Of a stretch of DNA of 64,000 nucleotides, positions 1 to 8,435 are shown one piece after another. The notes under the pieces are model-generated. The model was not told the DNA's origin, made no database searches, and saw only the letters and a list, made by a program, of their open reading frames with translations. Made by a program: the position numbers and the translations under genes. Location of the stretch: the NCBI GenBank assembly GCA_964386225.1, contig CAYLTG010000001.1, forward strand, positions 935-64,934. Direction: 5' to 3'. Positions within the stretch are counted from its first letter, which is position 1. Each line of letters starts with the position of its first letter. This DNA comes from an uncultured Bacteroidales bacterium (GTDB lineage: Bacteria > Bacteroidota > Bacteroidia > Bacteroidales > JAADJA01).

Positions 1-217
1 CAGGGGACGCGCCATGTCCATCGCCACCCTCTCCCTGTGGGTGGGCACCTGGCTGGTGGGCCAGTTCGTGCCGTGGATGCTGGAGAACGCGGGTCCTGCC
101 GTCACCTTCTGGGTGTTTGCCGGGCTGGTGTTCTGGACCATACCCCTGACCCTGAAATACGTGCCGGAAACAAAGAACCGGTCGCTGGAGGAGATCAAGA
201 AGATCTGGGAAAAGTAG
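1..217 (+). CDS. MFS sugar-porter-type transporter, C-terminal fragment (gene begins upstream of window)
   Basis: The frame is open from the window edge. It shows terminal TM helices followed by the tail YVPETKNRSLEEIKKIWEK-stop, which is typical of sugar-porter MFS proteins. Confidence 0.65.
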   Translation, partial: RGRAMSIATLSLWVGTWLVGQFVPWMLENAGPAVTFWVFAGLVFWTIPLTLKYVPETKNRSLEEIKKIWEK

Positions 218-479
218 TCCCGTTACTGGTCCTACAACATAACTAACTTCATTGCTTGGTTCCGATAAGTGCGACCACAGGAAAGTTATCCAGGTATTTC
301 AGAATCGTGGATGAGGTTTCCCTTTCAATGTATTCCATTTAAATTGGATAAAAAAATATGTAAATTGAAAATAAAACTTTCAATTTGCAAGAAAATATAT
401 GAGGGGTTAACCATACGAAAGCTGTAACTCTATCCGAAATTTGTACATTTTACAAGCTTATCCTGTTCGTTCTGTTTAA

Positions 480-2597
480 TTAATACCTGACCAGTTTTAT
501 GACACGCATCGCATCACCCGCATAGACATGCAGGAAGTAGATTCCCGGGATCAATCCTTCGACAGGTAGCGGGATCGCCTCTGTCTCACCGCCCCGTGTT
601 CTGGTCAAACTGAATATAATGCCTTCAATGGAGCAAATTTCGATCCTATCCACCTCTCCATTTGCCCTGAGGTATAACCGGTCGTGAAAGGGATTGGGGA
701 ACACGTTCACCTGCGGGGTTCCTTTCTCAGCAACTCCGAACGCATCTTTCACTTCGACTATCACCGTATCGAAAACCTCGCAAACCTGGTCCTTTCCCAT
801 GACCCAGATCGCATGCGTGCCCAGGCCCAGGTCGGAGCCGGTCACTGTGATGCTGCTTCCTGTCGAGCCGTCCGACCAGAGGAATGAACTGAACTGGCCC
901 GCGACCTCCAGGGTCAGTGTGTCGGTGATCAGAATGGCTGTGTCGGGTCCCAGCTCAATGGTGTCGGCATGGTGCACATTCACGAAAATGGTATCATATC
1001 CCCAGCATCCGTCCGATCCGTACTTCAGGTCGAAATAACCAAGCTCCGTGACCTCGAAGATAGGGTCATTGGTCTGCTGTCCATTCCATTGGTACACATC
1101 GTACCCCTCCGGGCCATATAGCACCAGCGAATTACAGACGACGGTGTCGGGGCCCAGGTCGAACGCCCCGCTGCCTGTCCGGTTGATCTTCGCGATGAAG
1201 GCGTCCATGAAGTTGTTGGACCAGGAGTCCAGGGTCACATCACCCAGGTGGGAGACGCCTCGGTACGATCCGCCTGTCAGGATATTCCGGCAGTTGTCGA
1301 GCAGGAGGTTGGTTGGCCGGATCTCATAATTCGTTTCCGATACCTCCAGCATCAACAGGTTGCCAGAACCGTCGAATTCCCCCCAGATCCCCTCATACCC
1401 GTAATTGATCACAAGCGTGGTGTCAGCAATTTCTATATCCTCGTCACTGAAAGTCTCAAACACGATGTGGTCATCGTCCAGTGCGAACCGGAGCATGCCA
1501 ATGGCCGAAAGGTCGTCATTCGTGATGATGTGATACCATACCGGCTGGAACCCGGCATCGAATTTCCCGATGAAGCCGTGGTAGTCCCCCTCCGGGATGA
1601 TAAGGGTATCCGCACCGAGCACGACGGTATCGTGCAGCGACCCGGACACGAAATACTCCCCGGCCTCGTTGACCGCAAGTTCATGGATCGCCAGGGGGAA
1701 CCCGGAGAACTCAAAGAAATCAATGCCACCCTCCATGTCAAGGATGAGAAAGAACCGCTCGGCGGTGAATACGGGGCTGTAAGGTTTGAAAAGGGTGTCC
1801 TGGCCGTAGATGATATCGGACCAGCAATGGCCCCAGATGTGGATCTTGTCATTGGCGCCTGCACTCATGTGATAGGCTGATATCTCACCGTGAAAGTCGC
1901 GGCGCCATACCATGTTGCCTTCCGCGTCGAGCTTGGATACGGAGGTGAAATCATGGTCGGCCGTCACTGTATCCTGTCCGAAGAAACTGACCGTGGTGGG
2001 ATGGTAGATGTCGGCCATCTGCTCGGAAAACAGGATCACCTGGCCATCCTCCGTGACGATCATCTCCCTCAGGTCGTCCTGCAACGTTCCACCGATGGTC
2101 CTGATCCACTTGATGTCGAGGTCTTCATCCAGTTTGACGCACATGGCATCAGGTGAATTGGTGTAGGGTGTGTTGCACATCAGGACCACCGTGTCCATGA
2201 AGAAGACCTTGTTGGAATAGTTGGCGGTGATGAAAATATTCCCGCCAGGATCCGTTTTGATCAGCGGGTTGTGGATGATGTGCCCGGGCGGGGCATACAG
2301 GTCCATGGCCCCCGTGAACAGGCCGCGGTCGTCGTGGGACACGAAGGCAATGCAGCTGTTGCCCCACTGCTCGGGGTGATGAAAAACCGTGTCGGGCAGC
2401 ACCAGCAGGGTGTCGTAAGCGATCGTCGAATATAGTTTGTTGTCAGGTCCCACATCATGAAGCGATATCCAGGCATCGGTCCCGAAGCGTGTTATGCTCC
2501 GTCCCCATTCCCAGGTCCATTCCTGGGCGCAAGCGGGATCGGGGGAGGCAGCCACAGCCCAAATCAGAAGGTTAAAGAAGAAAAAACGGCTACTCAT
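480..2597 (-). CDS. Secreted protein with T9SS type-A C-terminal sorting domain
   Basis: 705 aa with signal peptide MSSRFFFFNLLIWAVAASPDPACAQ. The last ~80 aa (VFPNPFHDRLYL...GIYFLHVY...IKLVRY) match the Por/T9SS CTD pattern. It lies 6 nt downstream of the preceding T9SS gene. Confidence 0.8.
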   Translation of the reverse strand: MSSRFFFFNLLIWAVAASPDPACAQEWTWEWGRSITRFGTDAWISLHDVGPDNKLYSTIAYDTLLVLPDTVFHHPEQWGNSCIAFVSHDDRGLFTGAMDLYAPPGHIIHNPLIKTDPGGNIFITANYSNKVFFMDTVVLMCNTPYTNSPDAMCVKLDEDLDIKWIRTIGGTLQDDLREMIVTEDGQVILFSEQMADIYHPTTVSFFGQDTVTADHDFTSVSKLDAEGNMVWRRDFHGEISAYHMSAGANDKIHIWGHCWSDIIYGQDTLFKPYSPVFTAERFFLILDMEGGIDFFEFSGFPLAIHELAVNEAGEYFVSGSLHDTVVLGADTLIIPEGDYHGFIGKFDAGFQPVWYHIITNDDLSAIGMLRFALDDDHIVFETFSDEDIEIADTTLVINYGYEGIWGEFDGSGNLLMLEVSETNYEIRPTNLLLDNCRNILTGGSYRGVSHLGDVTLDSWSNNFMDAFIAKINRTGSGAFDLGPDTVVCNSLVLYGPEGYDVYQWNGQQTNDPIFEVTELGYFDLKYGSDGCWGYDTIFVNVHHADTIELGPDTAILITDTLTLEVAGQFSSFLWSDGSTGSSITVTGSDLGLGTHAIWVMGKDQVCEVFDTVIVEVKDAFGVAEKGTPQVNVFPNPFHDRLYLRANGEVDRIEICSIEGIIFSLTRTRGGETEAIPLPVEGLIPGIYFLHVYAGDAMRVIKLVRY

Positions 2598-2603
2598 GTC
2601 AGA

Positions 2604-4043
2604 TCAATGTTTGTATAGTTTATGGATCGATTCGCCCTGTTCGTACCGGATGAACAGGAAGTAGATGCCCGGGGCCATGCCGTCCAGTCTGATAACCGGG
2701 GATCCCGGATTGAAAAGATGGATCGCTTTACTTTTTAGGACGGTGCCATTGGCTGCGGTCAGGCGGCAAGCGACCGGGATCCTGTCTGTTGTCAGGTAGA
2801 CCTCGTCCGTAACAGGATTGGGATAGACTGTGGTCCTGACCTCCCCGCTGATATGTTGGTCGATGCCCACCTGGGTTCCAAGAAAATTTGTTTTGATCAC
2901 ATAGATGTCTGTCCCTCCCGCCGTATTGTTTTCCGTCATCCCGGCGATGATGAACCCCCCGTCGGCCGTTGCTTTCACCGAATAGCCCTCATCGCCGTAA
3001 ATGCCGCCATAGGTCTGTGTCCAGAGTGTGTCTCCGCTGGGGTCGGTACGGATGAGCCATACATCCTCGTTGCCGGCCCCGTAGCTTTCCGTCTCGCCGC
3101 AAAGGATGTAGCCCCCGTCGTTGGTCACGTCCACGGAGGCGCCGCGCTCATCTTCACCTTCCAGCCCGTAGGTCCTGGTCCATTCCACGTTGCCTGATCC
3201 GTCCGTCTTGACCAGGTAGAAGTCCGCATTCATGAGGACGATGCCCTGGAAATAATTGCCCAGCATGATGAACCCTCCGTCAGGGGTCTCTTTGATGTCC
3301 CAGGCCGATTCGGTGGACTGGTCGCCGCCGATGGTCTTGTTCCACTTTGAGGAACCTGTCTCGGAGACCTTGAATAGCCAGGCATCCGTGAATTCGTCGG
3401 GGGTGTCGAACATGCCTCCTACCACTAATCCGCCATCTTCTGCCCGGACCATGCTCGTTCCGTAATGTACCCCGATGTTGCCTTTCGAGATGTTCCAGAG
3501 GACCTCGCCGGCCAGGTTCACGCTCATGACAAATACATTCTGTCCCCAGAGCTCCGCTCCCCCTTTGCTGTATTGATAGGTGCCGCAGACGGCAAAAGTA
3601 GTATCGCCTGATTGCAAGGCGTGCCAGGCATACCCGTCCGGGTAGGGGTCATTGTATTCCTGCTGCCAGATCTTCGTCCCGGCGGGATCATACCTGGACA
3701 GGAAGGGTACGAACCCGGTGGTGCCGTCGGCGATCCCTGCCACAATGAAACCGCCGTCGCTGACGGGTGTGATGCAATGGGCCTGTTCGATCCCATAGGT
3801 CTCCCCCTCCTGGCGGGTCCAGAGGGTGTCCCCATTCTGATCGAGCTTCATCAGGAAAACATCCTCATACCCCGAGTAGAACTCGGTCGTATATCCCGCG
3901 ATGAGGTAGCTTCCATCATCGCAGATGCTGACATGGTAGGCCATGTCGTCATCGATGCCGCCGTAGGTCCTTTCGAAGACCTGGGCATAACTGGCGGTGA
4001 AGAGCAAGAGGGCCGATGCAAGGGCAGGTGCCTTTTTTTTCAT
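2604..4043 (-). CDS. Secreted seven-repeat (beta-propeller-like) protein with T9SS C-terminal sorting domain
   Basis: 479 aa with signal peptide MKKKAPALASALLLFTASYAQ. About seven ~50-aa repeats carry DGG[FY]I[IVL]xG ... D[VAI][WF]L[IFM]K ... G..[LKE]W. The CTD reads VYPNPVTDEVYL...GIYFLFIRY. Confidence 0.8.
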   Translation of the reverse strand: MKKKAPALASALLLFTASYAQVFERTYGGIDDDMAYHVSICDDGSYLIAGYTTEFYSGYEDVFLMKLDQNGDTLWTRQEGETYGIEQAHCITPVSDGGFIVAGIADGTTGFVPFLSRYDPAGTKIWQQEYNDPYPDGYAWHALQSGDTTFAVCGTYQYSKGGAELWGQNVFVMSVNLAGEVLWNISKGNIGVHYGTSMVRAEDGGLVVGGMFDTPDEFTDAWLFKVSETGSSKWNKTIGGDQSTESAWDIKETPDGGFIMLGNYFQGIVLMNADFYLVKTDGSGNVEWTRTYGLEGEDERGASVDVTNDGGYILCGETESYGAGNEDVWLIRTDPSGDTLWTQTYGGIYGDEGYSVKATADGGFIIAGMTENNTAGGTDIYVIKTNFLGTQVGIDQHISGEVRTTVYPNPVTDEVYLTTDRIPVACRLTAANGTVLKSKAIHLFNPGSPVIRLDGMAPGIYFLFIRYEQGESIHKLYKH

Positions 4044-4404
4044 TACCAGTGATTTAGGGTGTTTGAGAAAATGTCAATCAACTGTTCAGGTTTTATTTGA
4101 AGTCTTCAATTTGTCCTTATGCTCCGGTATGTGAAACGGGATGAGGTCTAGCAGGAGAGTTATTTCGAGTGCTTACCCGAAGCCATAGAACATTGTAAAT
4201 GTAAAGAAATTAGCCCATCAAACCAAAAATTACTCTGCCGGTCGTAAGCCTGGGTTGCATTTTGCAGTTTCAGAAAGCAGGGCTTTTGTCTCCTTCATCC
4301 CTCAAAAATTCCCGTTCACCACATTTTTCTTTCCTGCATCATTCTTTCCTGCTTGCTTTGGGCAGAATTTCAGAAATGGATTTTCAACGCATATCAGGAT
4401 TCAC

Positions 4405-5430
4405 ATGCAAAAAATAATTCAATTTTTCACTGTCACATTGATCGGGACGACCTTTCTTATAAGCTCCTGCAAGCACTCCCCCGAAGACAACATCAACCCC
4501 GACGATCCCAATAACCCGCCGCCGGTCGACACCATCGCCTGCGATTCCACCAACGTCACCTACCCCGGTACGGTTTTCCCCATCCTGCAGGCCAGCTGCC
4601 TCTCCTGCCATGGCGGCGCCACTCCGGCAGGGGGACTCGATTTCAACAATTATGACGACGTGGCCTTCGTGGCCCAGACCGGTCAGCTGGTGGGATCCAT
4701 CAACCACCTTGCAGGGTTCAAGCCCATGCCGCAGAACGGGCCTAAGCTTTCCGGGTGCGAGATCGCACTGATCACGAAATGGGTGAACGATACTACCTTC
4801 AACGGCGGGGGTGGTGGCAACAACGGCAACTGCGACCCCGATACGGTTTATTTTCATAATGATATTCTGCCACTTCTCCTTTCGAGCTGCGGCACCACAG
4901 GCTGCCACGATGAAGGTACGGCCCAGGAGGGCATCATCCTCACCAGCTACTTCCACGTGATGCAGTCGGGGGTGGTGAAGGCCTTCGATCCCAACGACAG
5001 CGAAATGTACGAGAAGATCACGGAGGACGACCCCGAAGACCGCATGCCGCCGCCGCCGCGGACACCCCTCAACGCCGACCAGATCAACATGATCTACACC
5101 TGGATCGCACAGGGGGCGCTGGACAACTCATGCGACGCCGGCGACTGCGACACGGTCAACGTCACCTTCTCGGGGACCATCTTCCCGATGATCCAGAACC
5201 GCTGCTACGGATGTCACAGCGGCCCGGAGCCCCAGAGCGGCATCAGCCTGGAGAATTATGCGTCCGTCAGCGCGGCCGCAGCCATCGCCCCGGGCAATCC
5301 CGGCAGCCTCCTGGGCGCCGTGACCGGGGCACAGGGCAACTCTCCGATGCCCAAGAACGGACCGCCGCTGCCCGACTGCAACATCGAGCAGATCAAGAAA
5401 TGGATCGCCGACGGGATGCCTGACAATTGA
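4405..5430 (+). CDS. Lipoprotein with three PSCyt1-like putative c-heme modules
   Basis: I moved the start from the ORF-track TTG 4255 to ATG 4405, which gives MQKIIQFFTVTLIGTTFLISSC (signal plus lipobox). There are three paralogous ~95-aa modules. Motifs: CLSCH at 4597-4611, CGTTGCH at 4888-4908, CYGCH at 5203-5217. The pattern P-I-L...CxxCHG...MP.NGP.L..C...I.KWI resembles the Planctomycete cytochrome C (PSCyt1) domain. Confidence 0.7.
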   Translation: MQKIIQFFTVTLIGTTFLISSCKHSPEDNINPDDPNNPPPVDTIACDSTNVTYPGTVFPILQASCLSCHGGATPAGGLDFNNYDDVAFVAQTGQLVGSINHLAGFKPMPQNGPKLSGCEIALITKWVNDTTFNGGGGGNNGNCDPDTVYFHNDILPLLLSSCGTTGCHDEGTAQEGIILTSYFHVMQSGVVKAFDPNDSEMYEKITEDDPEDRMPPPPRTPLNADQINMIYTWIAQGALDNSCDAGDCDTVNVTFSGTIFPMIQNRCYGCHSGPEPQSGISLENYASVSAAAAIAPGNPGSLLGAVTGAQGNSPMPKNGPPLPDCNIEQIKKWIADGMPDN

Positions 5431-5544
5431 CAATGAGTGAATGCGTAAATGAGTGAATAAGTGGTGAATTTTTACGGACTTTTTAAACAATCGCTTTGAA
5501 TGGGTGTTGACAGCACTGGCAAGTATAATCAAGAATATCAGATC

Positions 5545-5919
5545 ATGATCAGAAAAACAATCAATGCGGCATTGATGGTCCTGGCCCTGGCCGGCCTGCA
5601 GGCGTGCTACTGGGACAACGAGGAAGAGCTTTACCCCGTGGTGGGCGATTGCGACACCACCAACGTCACCTACTCCGGCACGGTGGCGGTGATCCTTGAC
5701 GCCAGCTGCGTTTCCTGCCACAACAGCACCTTCGCGCAGGCCGGGGTGGTGGTGGACAACTACGACGACCTCAAGGTGGTGGTCGACAACGGCCGTTTCT
5801 GGGGGGCCATCAACCATGAGGACGGATATTCACCCATGCCTCAGAACCTCCCCAAACTGCCGGAGTGCGACCTGAAGAAGATAAGGACCTGGATCGATAA
5901 CGGCGCCATGAATGACTGA
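5545..5919 (+). CDS. Lipoprotein with one PSCyt1-like putative c-heme module
   Basis: Start at ATG 5545 (MIRKTINAALMVLALAGLQAC, lipobox). It carries a single module paralogous to those of the upstream gene, with CVSCH at 5707-5721 and ...MPQNLPKLPECDLKKIRTWIDNGA. Confidence 0.7.
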   Translation: MIRKTINAALMVLALAGLQACYWDNEEELYPVVGDCDTTNVTYSGTVAVILDASCVSCHNSTFAQAGVVVDNYDDLKVVVDNGRFWGAINHEDGYSPMPQNLPKLPECDLKKIRTWIDNGAMND

Positions 5920-6029
5920 TACAAATGCTTACCCCGGATCTACTCATATGAAAATTTCCGGCCCCCTGGGCCCAATTACGGGCGACTGAACGAAGTTCAG
6001 GCGACCAAATGACCTAAAAACACATACCT

Positions 6030-6947
6030 ATGAAGCAACTGATTATCCTGCTCACCGCCCTTGCATTCAGCGCGTTGCCTATCCTCGCCCAGGACGACCT
6101 GATGGACCTGCTGAACAGCGAAGAGCAGGCCGTTGATTACACCTATGCCACCTTCAAGACCTCGAGGATCATCAACTCACACTCGGTGGAGCAGCCCGCA
6201 TCAGGCGTCCTGATGTTCCTCATCCAGCACCGGTTCGGGCGGCTGAACACCGGATTCTATGAACTATTCGGGCTCGACCAGGCAACCATCCGGCTGGGCC
6301 TGGAATACGGCGTCACCGACCGGCTTAGCATCGGCGTGGGTCGCAGTTCCTACCAGAAGACCTATGACGGGTTCGTCAAGTACAAGTTGTTGCGGCAGAG
6401 TACGGGTGCCCGGAAAATGCCCGTGACACTCTCGTACTACGGCAGCATGACGCTCAATTCGCTGAAATGGGAAGACCTGGGTGTGGAAGATCGCGACAAC
6501 AATTTCAGCTCCCGCCTGGCCTATACCCACAAGTTGCTGCTGGCGCGCAAGTTCAGCAGCAGCATTTCCCTGCAGCTGATGCCGACCTACACCCACAAGA
6601 ACCTTGTTCCCACGGCCGACGATGCCAACGACATCTTCTCCATGGGCGTCGGCGGAAGGGTGAAGATCACGAACCGGATGTCGGTGAATGCGGAATATTA
6701 CTACACCCCGGAAAGCCAGATCTCCTATGAGTTCACGCAGCCCTTCTCCCTTGGCCTCGACCTGGAAACGGGGGGGCATGTCTTCCAGCTCCACTTCTCC
6801 AATGCCCAGGCCTTCTTCGACAGCGGCTACCTGACCGAGACCTCCGGAAAGTGGGGCGATGGCGACGTCTATTTCGGGTTCAACATCTCACGGGTCTTCA
6901 CGATCAAGAAACCGAAGGTGCCGGAAGGGGAATCCACGGGATATTGA
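6030..6947 (+). CDS. Small outer-membrane beta-barrel protein (family not assigned)
   Basis: 305 aa with signal peptide MKQLIILLTALAFSALPILAQ. The sequence has an alternating amphipathic strand pattern rich in Y/G/S/T. It is the last gene of the CxxCH lipoprotein operon and is followed by a terminator. Confidence 0.65.
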   Translation: MKQLIILLTALAFSALPILAQDDLMDLLNSEEQAVDYTYATFKTSRIINSHSVEQPASGVLMFLIQHRFGRLNTGFYELFGLDQATIRLGLEYGVTDRLSIGVGRSSYQKTYDGFVKYKLLRQSTGARKMPVTLSYYGSMTLNSLKWEDLGVEDRDNNFSSRLAYTHKLLLARKFSSSISLQLMPTYTHKNLVPTADDANDIFSMGVGGRVKITNRMSVNAEYYYTPESQISYEFTQPFSLGLDLETGGHVFQLHFSNAQAFFDSGYLTETSGKWGDGDVYFGFNISRVFTIKKPKVPEGESTGY

Positions 6948-7011
6948 TCCCCCGATGTCAGATTGATCGTCCGCATTTGACGAAATTATCTTTTCTTTGC
7001 AGCAAGAACAA

Positions 7012-7043
7012 GGGGCCCGGCCATGCCGCAGGCCCTTTTTTTT
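7012..7043 (+). terminator. Rho-independent terminator after the CxxCH/beta-barrel operon
   Basis: GGGGCCCGGCCATGCCGCAGGCCC hairpin (GGGCC/GGCCC arms) followed by T8. Confidence 0.6.
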
Positions 7044-7045
7044 GA

Positions 7046-7759
7046 ATGTTATCAACTATCCATATGGAATTGTTCAAGGCAAACGACAAGCTGTTCGACC
7101 TGGTTGATGCCAACCACAACCTGCTGCCCGTGCTGAACCGGTTCGGCATTCGTCCGGGGTTCAAGGACAGGACGGTGGCGGAGGTATGCGCCGAAAAGGA
7201 GATCAACAAGGACTTCTTCCTGGCGCTGGTGAATACTTACAACAACCCTGATTATTTCCCGGAGGAAGAGCTGCTTGGGTTTTCCCCGCTGCTGATCATC
7301 GATTACCTCCGCAAAACGCATGAGTATTACATTGGTTATTTCCTGCCCCGCCTGGAATGGCTGCTCGACAGGATGTCGGGCGATGACGGGGGCGACAACC
7401 GCGACTTGAGAACGATCCGGTCTTTCTATGAGAAATACAGGCAGGAGCTCCTGGCCCATATCCGTGATGAGGAGGAGAATGTATTCCCGGCTGTCGTGGA
7501 CTTCATCCGGAACAGCGCGGACCGGAAACTGGGCAATGCGGCCATTTCCTTTGAAAAGGAACATACCAACGTGGAAATGAAGCTGAGCGACCTCAAGCAC
7601 CTCATCGTCAAATATGTCAGGCCGGGATACGACGACCATGATTTTTATGAGTTCGTGTCGGCCCTCTACCGTTTTGAAAAGGACATCATCGACCATGCCC
7701 GCATCGAGGACAAGATCCTCGTGCCCCGGATCAAAGGGATCACACCCGCTGCCAGATGA
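7046..7759 (+). CDS. Hemerythrin-like domain protein (RIC/ScdA-like architecture)
   Basis: 237 aa. The N-terminal ~60-aa helical domain resembles ScdA_N/DUF1858. The C-terminal part has spaced H/E residues (HEYYIGYF, AHIRDEEENVF, EKEHTNVE, IDHARIEDKIL) as in hemerythrin-like cation-binding four-helix bundles. An alternative start is ATG 7064 (MELFK...). Confidence 0.65.
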   Translation: MLSTIHMELFKANDKLFDLVDANHNLLPVLNRFGIRPGFKDRTVAEVCAEKEINKDFFLALVNTYNNPDYFPEEELLGFSPLLIIDYLRKTHEYYIGYFLPRLEWLLDRMSGDDGGDNRDLRTIRSFYEKYRQELLAHIRDEEENVFPAVVDFIRNSADRKLGNAAISFEKEHTNVEMKLSDLKHLIVKYVRPGYDDHDFYEFVSALYRFEKDIIDHARIEDKILVPRIKGITPAAR

Positions 7760-8352
7760 AAAGGGAGATCTTCATCATACACCCGTCACCCATTGTCAGG
7801 AAAGGGTTGAACGCCGCCCTGCGTGGCTTTTTCAGCCACGACATCACGATGCTGCCGGATGCTTCTGAAATGAAGGCCTACAGGGAGATCAGGAATTCCA
7901 TCGTGATCGTGTTCATCGGTCCTGACCAGGACCGGGGGCACCTCACCCGCCTCCAGGCGAGTAACCGGCTTCACCTGGTGCAGATCACCGGATCGGCCGG
8001 AGAAGGGGAGGTGAACGGCGACAAGGACCCTTTCCTCAGCATCCACGCCCAGGATCATCAGATCCGTGAACTGCTCCACGGGCTTCTGGAAAGGGACTCC
8101 GCCGCTGTTGCCGACCGGCCGCAGGACGACGAACTGACGGTCCGGGAAAAGGAGGTGCTAGCCCTGGTAGCCATGGGCCACTCCAGCAAGGAGATCGCCG
8201 ACAAGCTGTTCATCAGCGTCCATACCGTGATCTCCCACAGGAAGAACATCACCGAGAAGCTGGGCATCAAGTCCATCTCCGGCCTTACCGTGTATGCCAT
8301 CCTCAACCGCGTCATCGACCCCGATACCCTGAATGCCGACCTGCTGATCTGA
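7756..8352 (+). CDS. LuxR/GerE-family transcriptional regulator with degenerate receiver-like N-terminus
   Basis: The C-terminal HTH is LTVREKEVLALVAMGHSSKEIADKLFISVHTVISHRKNITEKLGI. The start overlaps the upstream stop as ATGA (7756-7759). The N-terminal beta1 reads IFIIHPSP rather than an acidic DD pair. Confidence 0.8.
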   Translation: MKREIFIIHPSPIVRKGLNAALRGFFSHDITMLPDASEMKAYREIRNSIVIVFIGPDQDRGHLTRLQASNRLHLVQITGSAGEGEVNGDKDPFLSIHAQDHQIRELLHGLLERDSAAVADRPQDDELTVREKEVLALVAMGHSSKEIADKLFISVHTVISHRKNITEKLGIKSISGLTVYAILNRVIDPDTLNADLLI

Positions 8353-8435
8353 AAAATCCCAACAATTGGGGATTTCCATTCTGAATTAGTCCGGGTAGTT
8401 TTGCTTTGTTAAATGATGAACAAATCAAAACGATC

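Noticed and set aside
362-386. AAATTGAAA-N7-TTTCAATTT hairpin between the convergent transporter and T9SS genes.
   Set aside because: The stem is all A/T and no U-tract follows, so it could be a weak terminator, but I cannot support calling it as a feature.
4255-4404. TTG-initiated 50-aa N-terminal extension of the CxxCH lipoprotein ORF.
   Set aside because: The extension is Phe/Pro-rich with no signal peptide and covers the putative operator. ATG 4405 gives a canonical lipoprotein signal.
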